From positions 3,135-67,134 of the forward strand of contig DASRND010000003.1 of assembly GCA_035647615.1 (NCBI GenBank): 64,000 nt of DNA, in the 5' to 3' direction. Each line of letters opens with the position of its first letter. Position 1 is the first letter of the stretch. A program made the position numbers and the translations under genes. Below are positions 10,362-19,172 of the stretch, piece by piece. The notes beneath the pieces are model-generated. The model searched no databases. It was not told the origin of the DNA and saw only the letters and a program-made list of their open reading frames with translations. The DNA is from Bacteroidales bacterium (GTDB lineage: Bacteria > Bacteroidota > Bacteroidia > Bacteroidales > 4484-276).

Positions 10362-10472
10362 ATGAAAACAATCGTAATTATCACAGCCTTAATGCTTGTA
10401 AGCATTTTCTCCTATTCACAAGAATGGGTTGAATTTTCTGCAAGCGAAAGCACCAGCCCACAACCCAACTAA
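10362..10472 (+). pseudogene. 36-codon remnant: signal peptide plus a few mature residues, then stop
   Basis: MKTIVIITALMLVSIFSYSQEWVEFSASESTSPQPN*. It looks like the N-terminus of a secreted protein (possibly C25-propeptide-like) that has been truncated. Confidence 0.3.
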
Positions 10473-10506
10473 TTCCAAACCATTATTTTTTTATTAAAAA
10501 CAGAAT

Positions 10507-11346
10507 ATGTTCAACCTCCACTGCCACTCCAACTATTGCGACGGAGCATCGCCATTGCGTGAATATACTGAGGCTGCCGTTTCCAAAGGATTTCATACGC
10601 TTGGATTCTCCAGCCATGCACCATTGTCTATCGAAAATAAATTTGCTTTGCGCGATGAGCAGGCATTGTTGCAATATGCCGCCGAGATAGCACAACTTCG
10701 CAAGGAATATCAGTCGCGGCTTAAAATTTACACAGCCCTCGAAATCGACTACATCCCGGGCATCAGCGATGATTTTGATCATTTGCGCAAGCTGGCCAAC
10801 CTCGATTATGTGATTGGCGGCGTGCATTTGGTCAGGAATGCTGACCAGGAGCAGCTTTGGTTTATCGATGGACCGAAGCAGGAAATTTATGTGGAGGGAT
10901 TTCAGCAGGTTTTTGGCGGCGACATCCAAAAAGCTGTCATAACGTATTGGCAGCAGATGCGCGATATGATTACCACCCAAAAGCCCGACATCGTGGCACA
11001 TCTCGACAAGATAAAAATGCACAACCAAAACCGGTTTTTCTCAACTACCGACAAATGGTATGTGGAACAGGTAGAACAAACGCTGGAAGTGATTGCCGCC
11101 GCCGGCACCATCGTTGAGGTGAATACGCGCGGGCTTTACAAAGGCCGCAGCGACGAGCTTTTCCCCGGCGACGCCATCCTTGCACGGATGCTTGAACTGA
11201 ATATCCCGGTCACCGTAAACTCCGACTCGCACCGCCCCGAAGAAATTGATGGGTTTTACCCAATGGCTTACGAAACGCTTAGGCGCATTAGCTTCCGGAA
11301 GGTGATGTGTTTTACAGATAAGGGATGGGAGGAAAGAGATTTCTGA
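10507..11346 (+). CDS. histidinol-phosphatase, PHP (HisJ) family
   Basis: 279 aa. MFNLHCHSNYCDGA...GFSSHAP...GGVH... PHP-domain metal-ligand pattern. Confidence 0.8.
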   Translation: MFNLHCHSNYCDGASPLREYTEAAVSKGFHTLGFSSHAPLSIENKFALRDEQALLQYAAEIAQLRKEYQSRLKIYTALEIDYIPGISDDFDHLRKLANLDYVIGGVHLVRNADQEQLWFIDGPKQEIYVEGFQQVFGGDIQKAVITYWQQMRDMITTQKPDIVAHLDKIKMHNQNRFFSTTDKWYVEQVEQTLEVIAAAGTIVEVNTRGLYKGRSDELFPGDAILARMLELNIPVTVNSDSHRPEEIDGFYPMAYETLRRISFRKVMCFTDKGWEERDF

Positions 11347-11512
11347 AAAAAGAAGTTATCAGGTTATCGTAGAAAAACCTCATAAGCTTTCTGTTTCTAT
11401 CAGGTTATAGAATTATTGGATGTTGTCTTATTGACATTTGGAATTTGCGAAAACCGCTCCGCTCTCCAGATCAAAAAAAACGCCTTTCAGATTTACTAAA
11501 ACTAACGAAAGC

Positions 11513-11986
11513 TTACGGTTTTATTGCGCTCAAGCGCACCCGATCTTTTATTACAAAGGCATTGGGATACACGCTGAGGATTTGCTGAAGAAAACCTTCA
11601 GCGGCCAGGCGTGTGCGAAAATCACCCACCCGTACCTTGTAATAAGGCTCGCTGTAGGAAACATAAGCGGTGTCGTCAGGGTAAAGCATCTGGTAGGTGC
11701 GCGCTTCGGTTCGTGCGCGTTCCAGCGAATTGGTGCCGGCATCGAAATAAATTTGCACGCGATAGCCCATAGCTACGTCCTGCCGGCGCTCGTTGTAAAC
11801 CTTGTGCATCTTTACGATCTCATCCACCCGCTGGTCGCGGATAACCTCAACGTTGCCTTGCGTTACAGGTGGCATCGGCAACACCCGATCGAGCGGCACT
11901 GCAGGTTCCGGAGCAATATTTTGTGCCGTTATGGCAACACTGGCTAAGATGGCCAGAGCAAGAAGAAAATATTTGGGTATTTGCAT
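11513..11986 (-). CDS. SPOR domain-containing protein
   Basis: 157 aa. Signal peptide and a C-terminal SPOR-like region (GYRVQIYF...YKVRVGDFRTRLAAEGFL...). Confidence 0.7.
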   Translation of the reverse strand: MQIPKYFLLALAILASVAITAQNIAPEPAVPLDRVLPMPPVTQGNVEVIRDQRVDEIVKMHKVYNERRQDVAMGYRVQIYFDAGTNSLERARTEARTYQMLYPDDTAYVSYSEPYYKVRVGDFRTRLAAEGFLQQILSVYPNAFVIKDRVRLSAIKP

Positions 11987-11998
11987 TATTTAAAAAAT

Positions 11999-12844
11999 CT
12001 ATTCAAACGAACTTTCGCTTTTTTTAGCATCATCCTCGTGCATGCTCAAAATAGGTATTGGCGAGTAGTTGACAATTTGCTGAGCACACGGACCCAAAAG
12101 CCCATTGTCGTCCTGCTCGGTCATAATCGAAATCAAATCAGCATTGATGCTTTGGGCATATTCGATGGTCGATTTGGTGACATCCGTCGAATGGATGTAT
12201 TCGATATGATATGGAACGTTGACTTTGTCGAGGTATTTTCGCGCCTTGTCAAGAAAGTTTTCTATGCGTTGGTTCATCGTCTTCATGGTGGTGGCATAGA
12301 TACCGACAAGATGTAGCTCCGACTGATAAAGCCGGGAGAAGTCTGCAGTAAAAGGAAGCTTTAGCAGGGTATTGTTGTAATGGTCGATCGGCGCGACGAT
12401 TTTTTTAATCTCTGGTTTTAGTTCAAATTTGCTGCTAACAGTGATGACCGGACAGCAGGCATTGGTGATCACCCGGTTAGCGTTGCTGCCAATCCAAAAC
12501 TGTTCGTAGCCCGACACGCCGTGCGAACCCATCACGATCAGGTCGGCGTGTTGTCGTTTTGCAATGGTTGCAATTTCCAGATAAATCTTGCCTTTGCGCA
12601 ATTTGTATTCGAGCTTTCCCCCCGTTAGCAAAGGCTGGTACTGATCTACCAGATCATTAAAACGCTTCACAGCTTCTGTTCGGTAATCTTCGACAGAGAT
12701 GGAATAAATGGATTCGGGAGAAGCTGTTTTGTCAACCCAAACCATCAGGATGTCGGATTGAGCTTTGTTGGCAATAGCAATCGCGTAGCGGAGCGCATGG
12801 ATAGAACCGGTAGAGAAATCGACGGCAACAATGATTTTTTTCAT
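11999..12844 (-). CDS. universal stress protein (tandem Usp domains)
   Basis: Two Usp-like halves (MKKIIVAVDFS...LIVMGSHG; KKIVAPIDH...). I moved the start to ATG 12844 (MKKIIVAVDFS) rather than the upstream track start at 12880. Confidence 0.8.
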   Translation of the reverse strand: MKKIIVAVDFSTGSIHALRYAIAIANKAQSDILMVWVDKTASPESIYSISVEDYRTEAVKRFNDLVDQYQPLLTGGKLEYKLRKGKIYLEIATIAKRQHADLIVMGSHGVSGYEQFWIGSNANRVITNACCPVITVSSKFELKPEIKKIVAPIDHYNNTLLKLPFTADFSRLYQSELHLVGIYATTMKTMNQRIENFLDKARKYLDKVNVPYHIEYIHSTDVTKSTIEYAQSINADLISIMTEQDDNGLLGPCAQQIVNYSPIPILSMHEDDAKKSESSFE

Positions 12845-13086
12845 GGCAATAGTTTTAAAAATGCCCGAAGGCAACAACATCAGAACTTTTAAATCGGGGC
12901 TAAATTAGATATTTTTTGGATGACCGATAGAAAGACAGAGAAGGCTGCAATGACTTCCCGCCACAACGTGAATTTCGCTTAATCCGTCAACAGCAATTCG
13001 ACCATTCTTCTTTGAAGCCCAAGTTATTCAAGGTATGAGTTGTCATCTTACCACAATTTTCATCCCTTTGCTTGCCGCGATTTTGC

Positions 13087-13094
13087 TACTTTTG
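13087..13094 (+). promoter_or_regulatory. candidate -7 box TACTTTTG (TAnnTTTG) upstream of ruvB
   Basis: Exact consensus match 24 nt upstream of ATG 13118. A TTTG lies at 13067-13070, but the 16-nt spacing is shorter than canonical. Confidence 0.3.
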
Positions 13095-13117
13095 AAAAAT
13101 TAAAACAGAATAAAACA

Positions 13118-14146
13118 ATGGCGATAAATAAGAATCTGGATGCCGATACCGAACGTCTTTCCAACGGAGAAAAAGAGTTGGAAAGGGTGTTACGACCTTC
13201 TCACTTCGTAGGTTTTGCCGGACAGGGCCAGATAGTAGATAATCTCAAAATTTTTGTAGAGGCCGCCCGAAACCGAGGCGAGGCACTGGATCATACTCTG
13301 TTGCACGGCCCGCCGGGACTGGGCAAGACCACGCTCTCGCACATCATCGCCAACGAATTGGGTGTGGGTATAAAAATTACTTCCGGACCAGTAATAGACA
13401 AGCCCGGCGACCTGGCCGGCCTGCTTACCAACCTGGAGCCCAACGATGTGCTTTTCATCGACGAGATTCACCGCCTCAGCCCGGTGGTAGAGGAATATCT
13501 CTACTCGGCCATGGAAGATTACAGAATCGACATCATGATCGAAACCGGTCCCAACGCCCGCAGCGTGCAGATTACACTAAATCCTTTTACACTCATCGGT
13601 GCTACAACCCGCTCGGGATTGCTCACCGCTCCTTTGCGTTCGCGCTTTGGCATCAATTTACGCCTGGCTTATTACGATGCCGGAACGTTGTGTAAGATTA
13701 TACTCCGGTCAGCCGGTATTTTGCATCTTGAGATCTCCGACGAAGCTGCCATGGAAATAGCCCGCCGCAGCCGCGGAACGCCACGTATCGCCAACCTGTT
13801 GCTCCGCCGCGTGCGCGACTTTGCCGAAATAAAAGGCGACGGAACCATCAACATCGATATTTCACAATATGCTCTTGCAGCACTAAATGTGGACAAACAT
13901 GGTCTGGACGAAATGGACAACAAGATACTGCTGGCCATCATCGATAAGTTTGGTGGCGGACCCGTGGGCCTCACCACCATAGCCACGGCCGTGGGCGAAG
14001 ACGCCGGCACCATCGAAGAAGTTTATGAGCCTTTTCTCATCATGGAGGGCTTCCTGATGCGCACCCCACGCGGCCGCGAAGCCACAGGCTTTGCCTACAA
14101 GCACCTGGGCAAAATCAAAAATCCGGATCAGGGAAAACTGTTTTAA
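13118..14146 (+). CDS. ruvB: Holliday junction branch migration DNA helicase RuvB
   Basis: Walker [10 protein letters not shown], Walker [10 protein letters not shown], sensor region [16 protein letters not shown]-like ([17 protein letters not shown]). I chose ATG 13118 (MAINKN...) over the track's upstream TTG at 13040. Confidence 0.95.
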   Translation: MAINKNLDADTERLSNGEKELERVLRPSHFVGFAGQGQIVDNLKIFVEAARNRGEALDHTLLHGPPGLGKTTLSHIIANELGVGIKITSGPVIDKPGDLAGLLTNLEPNDVLFIDEIHRLSPVVEEYLYSAMEDYRIDIMIETGPNARSVQITLNPFTLIGATTRSGLLTAPLRSRFGINLRLAYYDAGTLCKIILRSAGILHLEISDEAAMEIARRSRGTPRIANLLLRRVRDFAEIKGDGTINIDISQYALAALNVDKHGLDEMDNKILLAIIDKFGGGPVGLTTIATAVGEDAGTIEEVYEPFLIMEGFLMRTPRGREATGFAYKHLGKIKNPDQGKLF

Positions 14147-14149
14147 AAA

Positions 14150-14351
14150 ACAGGGCGCAAAGAGCGTGGCGTTAAACCTATTTTTGAATATCGAACCGTA
14201 GAATATCGAATTTTGAAGTAAAGAAGGCAGGGCGCAGGGCGCAGGGCGCAAAGAGCAGGGCGCAGGGTTTCTATTTTTGAATATCGAACCGCAGAATAAA
14301 GCCTGCCCTGAGCTTGTCGAAGGGAATATCGAATTTTGAAGTAAAGAAAGG
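14150..14351. repeat. composite intergenic repeat between convergent ruvB and trxB: heptamer arrays (GCAGGGC)n plus a duplicated ~49-nt unit
   Basis: Heptamers ACAGGGC GCAAAGA GCGTGGC at 14150-14170. Heptamers GCAGGGC x3, GCAAAGA, GCAGGGC, GCAGGGT at 14227-14268. The unit CTATTTTTGAATATCGAACCG(T/C)AGAATA..TCGAATTTTGAAGTAAAGAA(A)GG occurs at 14179-14228 and 14271-14351; the second copy is interrupted at 14299-14323. Confidence 0.85.
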
Positions 14352-14371
14352 AACAAGATCAAAAGAAGCTT

Positions 14372-15325
14372 TTAATCCTGCGCCGCCAAAAACCGCTCTG
14401 CTTCCAGTGCCGCCATGCATCCTGTTCCGGCAGCCGTAACAGCCTGCCGATAAACTTTGTCCTGCACGTCGCCGGCGGCAAAGATTCCCGGCACCCGTGT
14501 GGCGGTGCTGTCGGGCTTGGTGATGAGGTAGCCGGTTTCATCCATGTCGAGTTTGCCTTTAAACATGTCGCTGTTGGGCTTGTGGCCAATGGCAACAAAG
14601 AAACCGTCGATGTCGATGGTCTTTTGTGCGCCGGTTTTTACGTTTTCCACAATCACACCGGTAACGGATTTGGCAAAACCATCCTGTTTGCCGGTGATCT
14701 CTTTGGGTATGCTGTCCCACACCATCTCGACGTTTTCGGTTTTGAAAAGCCGGTTTTGCATAGCCTTGGAGGCGCGCAACTCATCGCGGCGGTGTATCAG
14801 GTACACTTTCTTGACGAGCTTGGCCAAATAGGTAGCTTCTTCCACAGCGGTATCGCCGCCGCCAACTACTGCCACCATTTTGCCGCGATAAAAATATCCG
14901 TCGCAGGTAGCGCAGGCCGAAACGCCATAGCCATTGTATTCTTTTTCGCTCGGCAGTCCTGTCCATTTAGCGGAAGCGCCCGTAGAAATAATTACGGTTT
15001 CGGCCAGCAGTTGCTTGCCTTCGTCGGTGGTTACTCTGAAAGGCCGCGCACTGGTGTCGATATCGGTGATCTCGCCCCAGCGCACTTCGGCACCGAAGCG
15101 CTCGGCTTGTTTTTTCATGTCTTCCATCATGGCCGGCCCCGTCACACCATTGGGAAAGCCAGGATAGTTTTCTACCTCGGTAGTGATGGTGAGCTGGCCG
15201 CCCGGCTGCATGCCCTGGTAAATGACAGGTTTAAGTTCGGCGCGGGCTGCATAAATGGCTGCTGTGTATCCGGCGGGGCCCGATCCTATGATCAGACATT
15301 GTACTTTTTCGATGTTTTCGCTCAT
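14372..15325 (-). CDS. trxB: thioredoxin-disulfide reductase
   Basis: 317 aa. FAD motif GSGPAGYTAA, redox-active CATCDG, NADPH motif VVGGGDTA. Confidence 0.95.
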   Translation of the reverse strand: MSENIEKVQCLIIGSGPAGYTAAIYAARAELKPVIYQGMQPGGQLTITTEVENYPGFPNGVTGPAMMEDMKKQAERFGAEVRWGEITDIDTSARPFRVTTDEGKQLLAETVIISTGASAKWTGLPSEKEYNGYGVSACATCDGYFYRGKMVAVVGGGDTAVEEATYLAKLVKKVYLIHRRDELRASKAMQNRLFKTENVEMVWDSIPKEITGKQDGFAKSVTGVIVENVKTGAQKTIDIDGFFVAIGHKPNSDMFKGKLDMDETGYLITKPDSTATRVPGIFAAGDVQDKVYRQAVTAAGTGCMAALEAERFLAAQD

Positions 15326-15524
15326 TGCTTTTGTATTTCAGTTTTTTTGTTTTCCTTTTCAGAAAAAATTATTGAATGTTTTAATCACTTTTGTGAAAAC
15401 TGCCTGCTGTGAAAATCATGCCATTATTAAATCGCATGAATATCACCATCGATTTCTGACAAGATTTCGTTTTCACAAAATTTATTGTCAGAAATGAGGT
15501 GTCAATGCGGCAGCAGGATAGTGA

Positions 15525-16520
15525 TTATTCAAAAATAAAATGGCGGAAACTTTTCATAAACTGCACCCTCTCATAAGAAGCGGGATTGTTGCTTTTTGCC
15601 TGGCTGAGCTTGCCGCGGAAATCCTTGAGACTGCCGTAGCCTTCGTGATCCATCCAGCGCTTCAAGTCATCGAGCATCACGCCGATGTGATCGAGACCAT
15701 GTTTGTAAAGTGTCGATACCGTTTGCACAGCATTGGCGCCGGCAAGTATTTGTTTTATCAGAGCTTCGCCGTCGTGGACGCCTGTGGAAGCAGCCAGGTC
15801 GCACTCCACGCGATTGGCCATCACAGCAATCCAGCGCAATGATATGGAAAGATCGGAAGGCTGGCTCAACACATTGGTAGAAACCACCTGATAGGTTTCG
15901 AGGTTGAAATCGGGACTATAAAAACGGTTGAACAACGTCAAACCACTGATGCCGGTTTTTGACAATTTCTGCAGAAGTTGCCCCAGGTTTGAAGCGTAAT
16001 AACTCACTTTGAGCAGCAGGGGCATCTTTACCTCTTTTTTTACAGCTTCGATGATCTCGAAATAAAGCTTTTCGTTGTCAGCTGAGCTTCTGTTGAAGTC
16101 GGTGGGAAGGATGAAAAGGTTAAGCTCCAGAGCATCGGCGCCGGCAGCTTCAATTTCGCGGGCAAAGTATGTCCATTTTTGGGCACTCACACAGTTGATG
16201 CTTGCTATAACCGGGATGTCCACGGCAGCTTTGGCTTCTTTTATCAGCCGCAGGTATTTGCGCACGCTGTCTTCATCTTCGTCGTGATCCATGTAGTCCA
16301 TCGTTTCGGGATAGATGAACTCGCGCGACGTCATCCGATGCATCGACTCCTCCATTTCGGCAATGATCTCTTCCTCGAACAACGATTTGAGAACTACCGC
16401 GCCGGCGCCGGCTTTTGCGATGTTTTTGATTTTATCGACACTGTCTGTCAATCCTGAACTACCTACTATTAATGGATTGCGTAGGGTTAAGCCTAAAAAT
16501 TTTGTGGTTAAATCTGCCAT
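15525..16520 (-). CDS. dihydroorotate dehydrogenase-like protein
   Basis: 331 aa. The N-terminus FLGLTLRNPLIVGSSGLT and a TIM-barrel pattern are typical of the class-1 DHOD-like family. The specific substrate cannot be determined from sequence. Confidence 0.7.
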   Translation of the reverse strand: MADLTTKFLGLTLRNPLIVGSSGLTDSVDKIKNIAKAGAGAVVLKSLFEEEIIAEMEESMHRMTSREFIYPETMDYMDHDEDEDSVRKYLRLIKEAKAAVDIPVIASINCVSAQKWTYFAREIEAAGADALELNLFILPTDFNRSSADNEKLYFEIIEAVKKEVKMPLLLKVSYYASNLGQLLQKLSKTGISGLTLFNRFYSPDFNLETYQVVSTNVLSQPSDLSISLRWIAVMANRVECDLAASTGVHDGEALIKQILAGANAVQTVSTLYKHGLDHIGVMLDDLKRWMDHEGYGSLKDFRGKLSQAKSNNPASYERVQFMKSFRHFIFE

Positions 16521-16603
16521 AGTAATATTGTTTTAAATTCTTTTGTATTGATGTCGGAATGACTGATGTTTTGTGGCATTCCGGAAAAATGTGTTCAAAA
16601 ATA

Positions 16604-17269
16604 CTACTTTAATTCGAATTTCAGGTATTTGATGGTGGCGCCTCTGGCTCTGAACATCTCTTCGTAATAGGTACGGATGGCGGAAACTTCTTTGAGGCCG
16701 GCCTCTTTGTCAAGATCAAAAGTACAGGTAATCAATGGCAATTGCTGTTCGTGGATCACCTCCAGAGAATACTCAAAAAAAAAGTCGTTATCTGTTTTAA
16801 GATGAACGATAGCGCTGGGTTTGGCAATTTGGCGGTAGCGTTCCAAAAACTGTGGCGAGGTAAGACGCTTTTTTGTTTTGGGTTTGTTGGGCAACGGGTC
16901 AGGAAAAGTGATCCATAGCTCGTCAACTTCCCGTTCGCCGAAAATAAAGCTCAGATGCTCGGCGCTGCTCCGTACAAAAGCCACATTTTGCATCCCGGCT
17001 TCCAGCGAAGTTTTGGCGCCACGCCACAACCGGGCACCTTTTATATCGATACCAATAAAATTTCTTTCGGGATAACGTGCTGCCAGTCCGGTGGTAAATT
17101 CGCCTTTGCCGCAGCCCAACTCAAGCGTAATGGGGTTTTGGTTTTTAAAAAAAACTTCTGCCCAACGGCCTTTCATTTCATAACCATCGAAAAGCTGTTT
17201 GTAATTAGGCTGGAAAAAATGAGGGAAGGTGTCGTTCTCGGCGAAGCGCTGTAGTTTTCTCTTGGCCAC
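16604..17269 (-). CDS. trmB: tRNA (guanine46-N7)-methyltransferase
   Basis: 221 aa. LELGCGKGEFT SAM motif and the FPDPWPK-like FPDPLPNKP motif. Confidence 0.9.
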   Translation of the reverse strand: MAKRKLQRFAENDTFPHFFQPNYKQLFDGYEMKGRWAEVFFKNQNPITLELGCGKGEFTTGLAARYPERNFIGIDIKGARLWRGAKTSLEAGMQNVAFVRSSAEHLSFIFGEREVDELWITFPDPLPNKPKTKKRLTSPQFLERYRQIAKPSAIVHLKTDNDFFFEYSLEVIHEQQLPLITCTFDLDKEAGLKEVSAIRTYYEEMFRARGATIKYLKFELK

Positions 17270-17307
17270 AATAAAAATAAATCAGTTGGACAAAAATTTT
17301 AAAGCTA

Positions 17308-18387
17308 CTACTGCCGCAGCAACCAGATGTTGGGATTGTACTTTTCGCGAACCTCCGCCAGCACTATCAACGCATCTTCTTTGCGCAGATAGGCAGCAAT
17401 GCTCACACGATAACGTCCGTTTTCGCCCGGGGCAATCACCTCAGGCGAAAATCCCTTTTGGGTATAGCTGTCGATAAGTTCTGTGGCATTTACACTGCGT
17501 TCGTAACTTCCGGCTATCAGGTGGTACATGCGTTGGTAAGCTGCGTTTGTATTTTCTGGGGCTTTTTCAGCAGGTGCTGATTCCCAAATATTTTCTTCCA
17601 CAACTATTGCAGAATTGTCAATGGTGGGCAAATCTTCGAGCAAACGCGTAACGATTTCGGCTACTTCAGGATCGGGACGTTCTGATGAAGCAAATGAAAC
17701 TCCAAAAGCGGCATTGGAAACAGGCTCCACCATCGTGGCTGGTTCCTTAGTTATTTGTGGAACAACATTTTTAGTGTTGTAAATCATCGCCAACTGCGAC
17801 CATTGATTTGAAACAAATTGCCGTGATTCCGAAAAATTTAATCCTACCATCCCAATTAAAACGACAATTACCGCAGCTACTGCCACACGACGAACAGAAA
17901 TGCTTCGTTGCGGAGCGCCCACGGCTGTTTTGCGATCTTTGAACACAGGCTTGTTGCTACGGCCATCGCGGCGCACTGCCGGCGAAACCACTGCTGTCAT
18001 TCCATAAACATCTTTAAGATAATTGATGGTATGATCCTGTGTAAACTGGATGGTTCCCTCACCGTCGAGAGCAAAGGTTCCGATATTATTAAAAATAACA
18101 GGCTTGGATTGCTCGAGTGCACGCAGCGTGTCGCGCGAAATAGCAGCAAGCTCCCGCAAAGATTCTTCATAACTAATTGCTTCACCGGCAGCTATTTCGT
18201 TGGCCAGCAAACCATCGTTGATGGTCAGTGCCGGGTTGAACAAAATATGTTTGCAGGGCGGATGAAACTGGTGCTGTAATTTGTTGACGCGCGTTGATTG
18301 GTAATTGCTGACAAATCCGCCAAAGCCCGGCACGATAACGCAGTCGTGACTAAAAAGCAGCTTGCTGATATGTCGTGAAATATCCAT
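17308..18387 (-). CDS. HU-CCDC81-like N-terminal domain + C-terminal SPOR domain protein
   Basis: 359 aa. N-terminal L..HDCVIVPGFGGF motif, a central TM segment, and a C-terminal SPOR-like region (YHLIAGSYERSVNA...RYRVSIAAY). Confidence 0.65.
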   Translation of the reverse strand: MDISRHISKLLFSHDCVIVPGFGGFVSNYQSTRVNKLQHQFHPPCKHILFNPALTINDGLLANEIAAGEAISYEESLRELAAISRDTLRALEQSKPVIFNNIGTFALDGEGTIQFTQDHTINYLKDVYGMTAVVSPAVRRDGRSNKPVFKDRKTAVGAPQRSISVRRVAVAAVIVVLIGMVGLNFSESRQFVSNQWSQLAMIYNTKNVVPQITKEPATMVEPVSNAAFGVSFASSERPDPEVAEIVTRLLEDLPTIDNSAIVVEENIWESAPAEKAPENTNAAYQRMYHLIAGSYERSVNATELIDSYTQKGFSPEVIAPGENGRYRVSIAAYLRKEDALIVLAEVREKYNPNIWLLRQ

Positions 18388-18446
18388 GTGTGGTAATATT
18401 TTTATTGAATAAAACAGCTAAGATAATGAATCTGCAAAAGTAGGAC

Positions 18447-19172
18447 TTATCTGTTGATAATTTTTGATAAATCTTCGGGTGTGTCCACAGAAATACTTTC
18501 GACGAAAGTCTCACTTACGTAGATAGCAAAACCATTTTCGAGCCAGCGCAACTGCTCGAGTTTTTCGGTTTCTTCCAGAGTTCCGGGAGGCAATTTTACA
18601 ATTTGTTTCAAGATGCAGCTACGGTAGGCATAGATGCCGATGTGTTTCATAAAAAAGGAATCTGCTTCATCAGCAGCATCGCGTGGAAAAGGAATGGGTG
18701 CCCGGCTAAAGTAGAGCGCTTTTCCTTCCGTACCCGTCACCACTTTTACAACGTTGGGATTGTGAAGTCCTTTTTCTGCCGGCGTTTTTAGCATCAGCGT
18801 GGCAATTTCCACTTTGTCATTATCAAAAAGACGGGCAAGGTCGTCGATCTGTTGTGGATCGATAAAAGGTTCGTCGCCCTGAATATTAATAACCAGATCG
18901 AAATCTTCATCCAGCATATCGAGCGCCTGGGCACAGCGTTCGGTGCCACTTCGGTGGTATGCATCCGTTATCACAGCTTCAAAACCACAATTTTTTACTA
19001 CCTGGCTGATGCGTTCGTCATCGGTAGCTACCACCACTTTGGCCGGGCTAACAGCTTTATGCGCTTGCTCTGCCACATGCTGAATCATGGGTTTTCCATC
19101 GATCAATGCAAGCGGTTTGCCTGGAAATCGTGTAGAACCATAGCGGGCGGGGATGAGGCAGACGATTTTCAT
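18447..19172 (-). CDS. kdsB: 3-deoxy-manno-octulosonate cytidylyltransferase
   Basis: 241 aa. [21 protein letters not shown]...NIQGDEP motifs. 4-nt overlap with the prfB stop. Confidence 0.9.
   Translation of the reverse strand: MKIVCLIPARYGSTRFPGKPLALIDGKPMIQHVAEQAHKAVSPAKVVVATDDERISQVVKNCGFEAVITDAYHRSGTERCAQALDMLDEDFDLVINIQGDEPFIDPQQIDDLARLFDNDKVEIATLMLKTPAEKGLHNPNVVKVVTGTEGKALYFSRAPIPFPRDAADEADSFFMKHIGIYAYRSCILKQIVKLPPGTLEETEKLEQLRWLENGFAIYVSETFVESISVDTPEDLSKIINR

Noticed and set aside
13883-14362. A 159-aa minus-strand ORF spans the ruvB/trxB spacer.
   Set aside because: Its N-terminal half is a literal translation of the duplicated intergenic repeats (LLQNSIF...GSIFKNR appears twice), and the rest is antisense to ruvB. 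It is not a gene.
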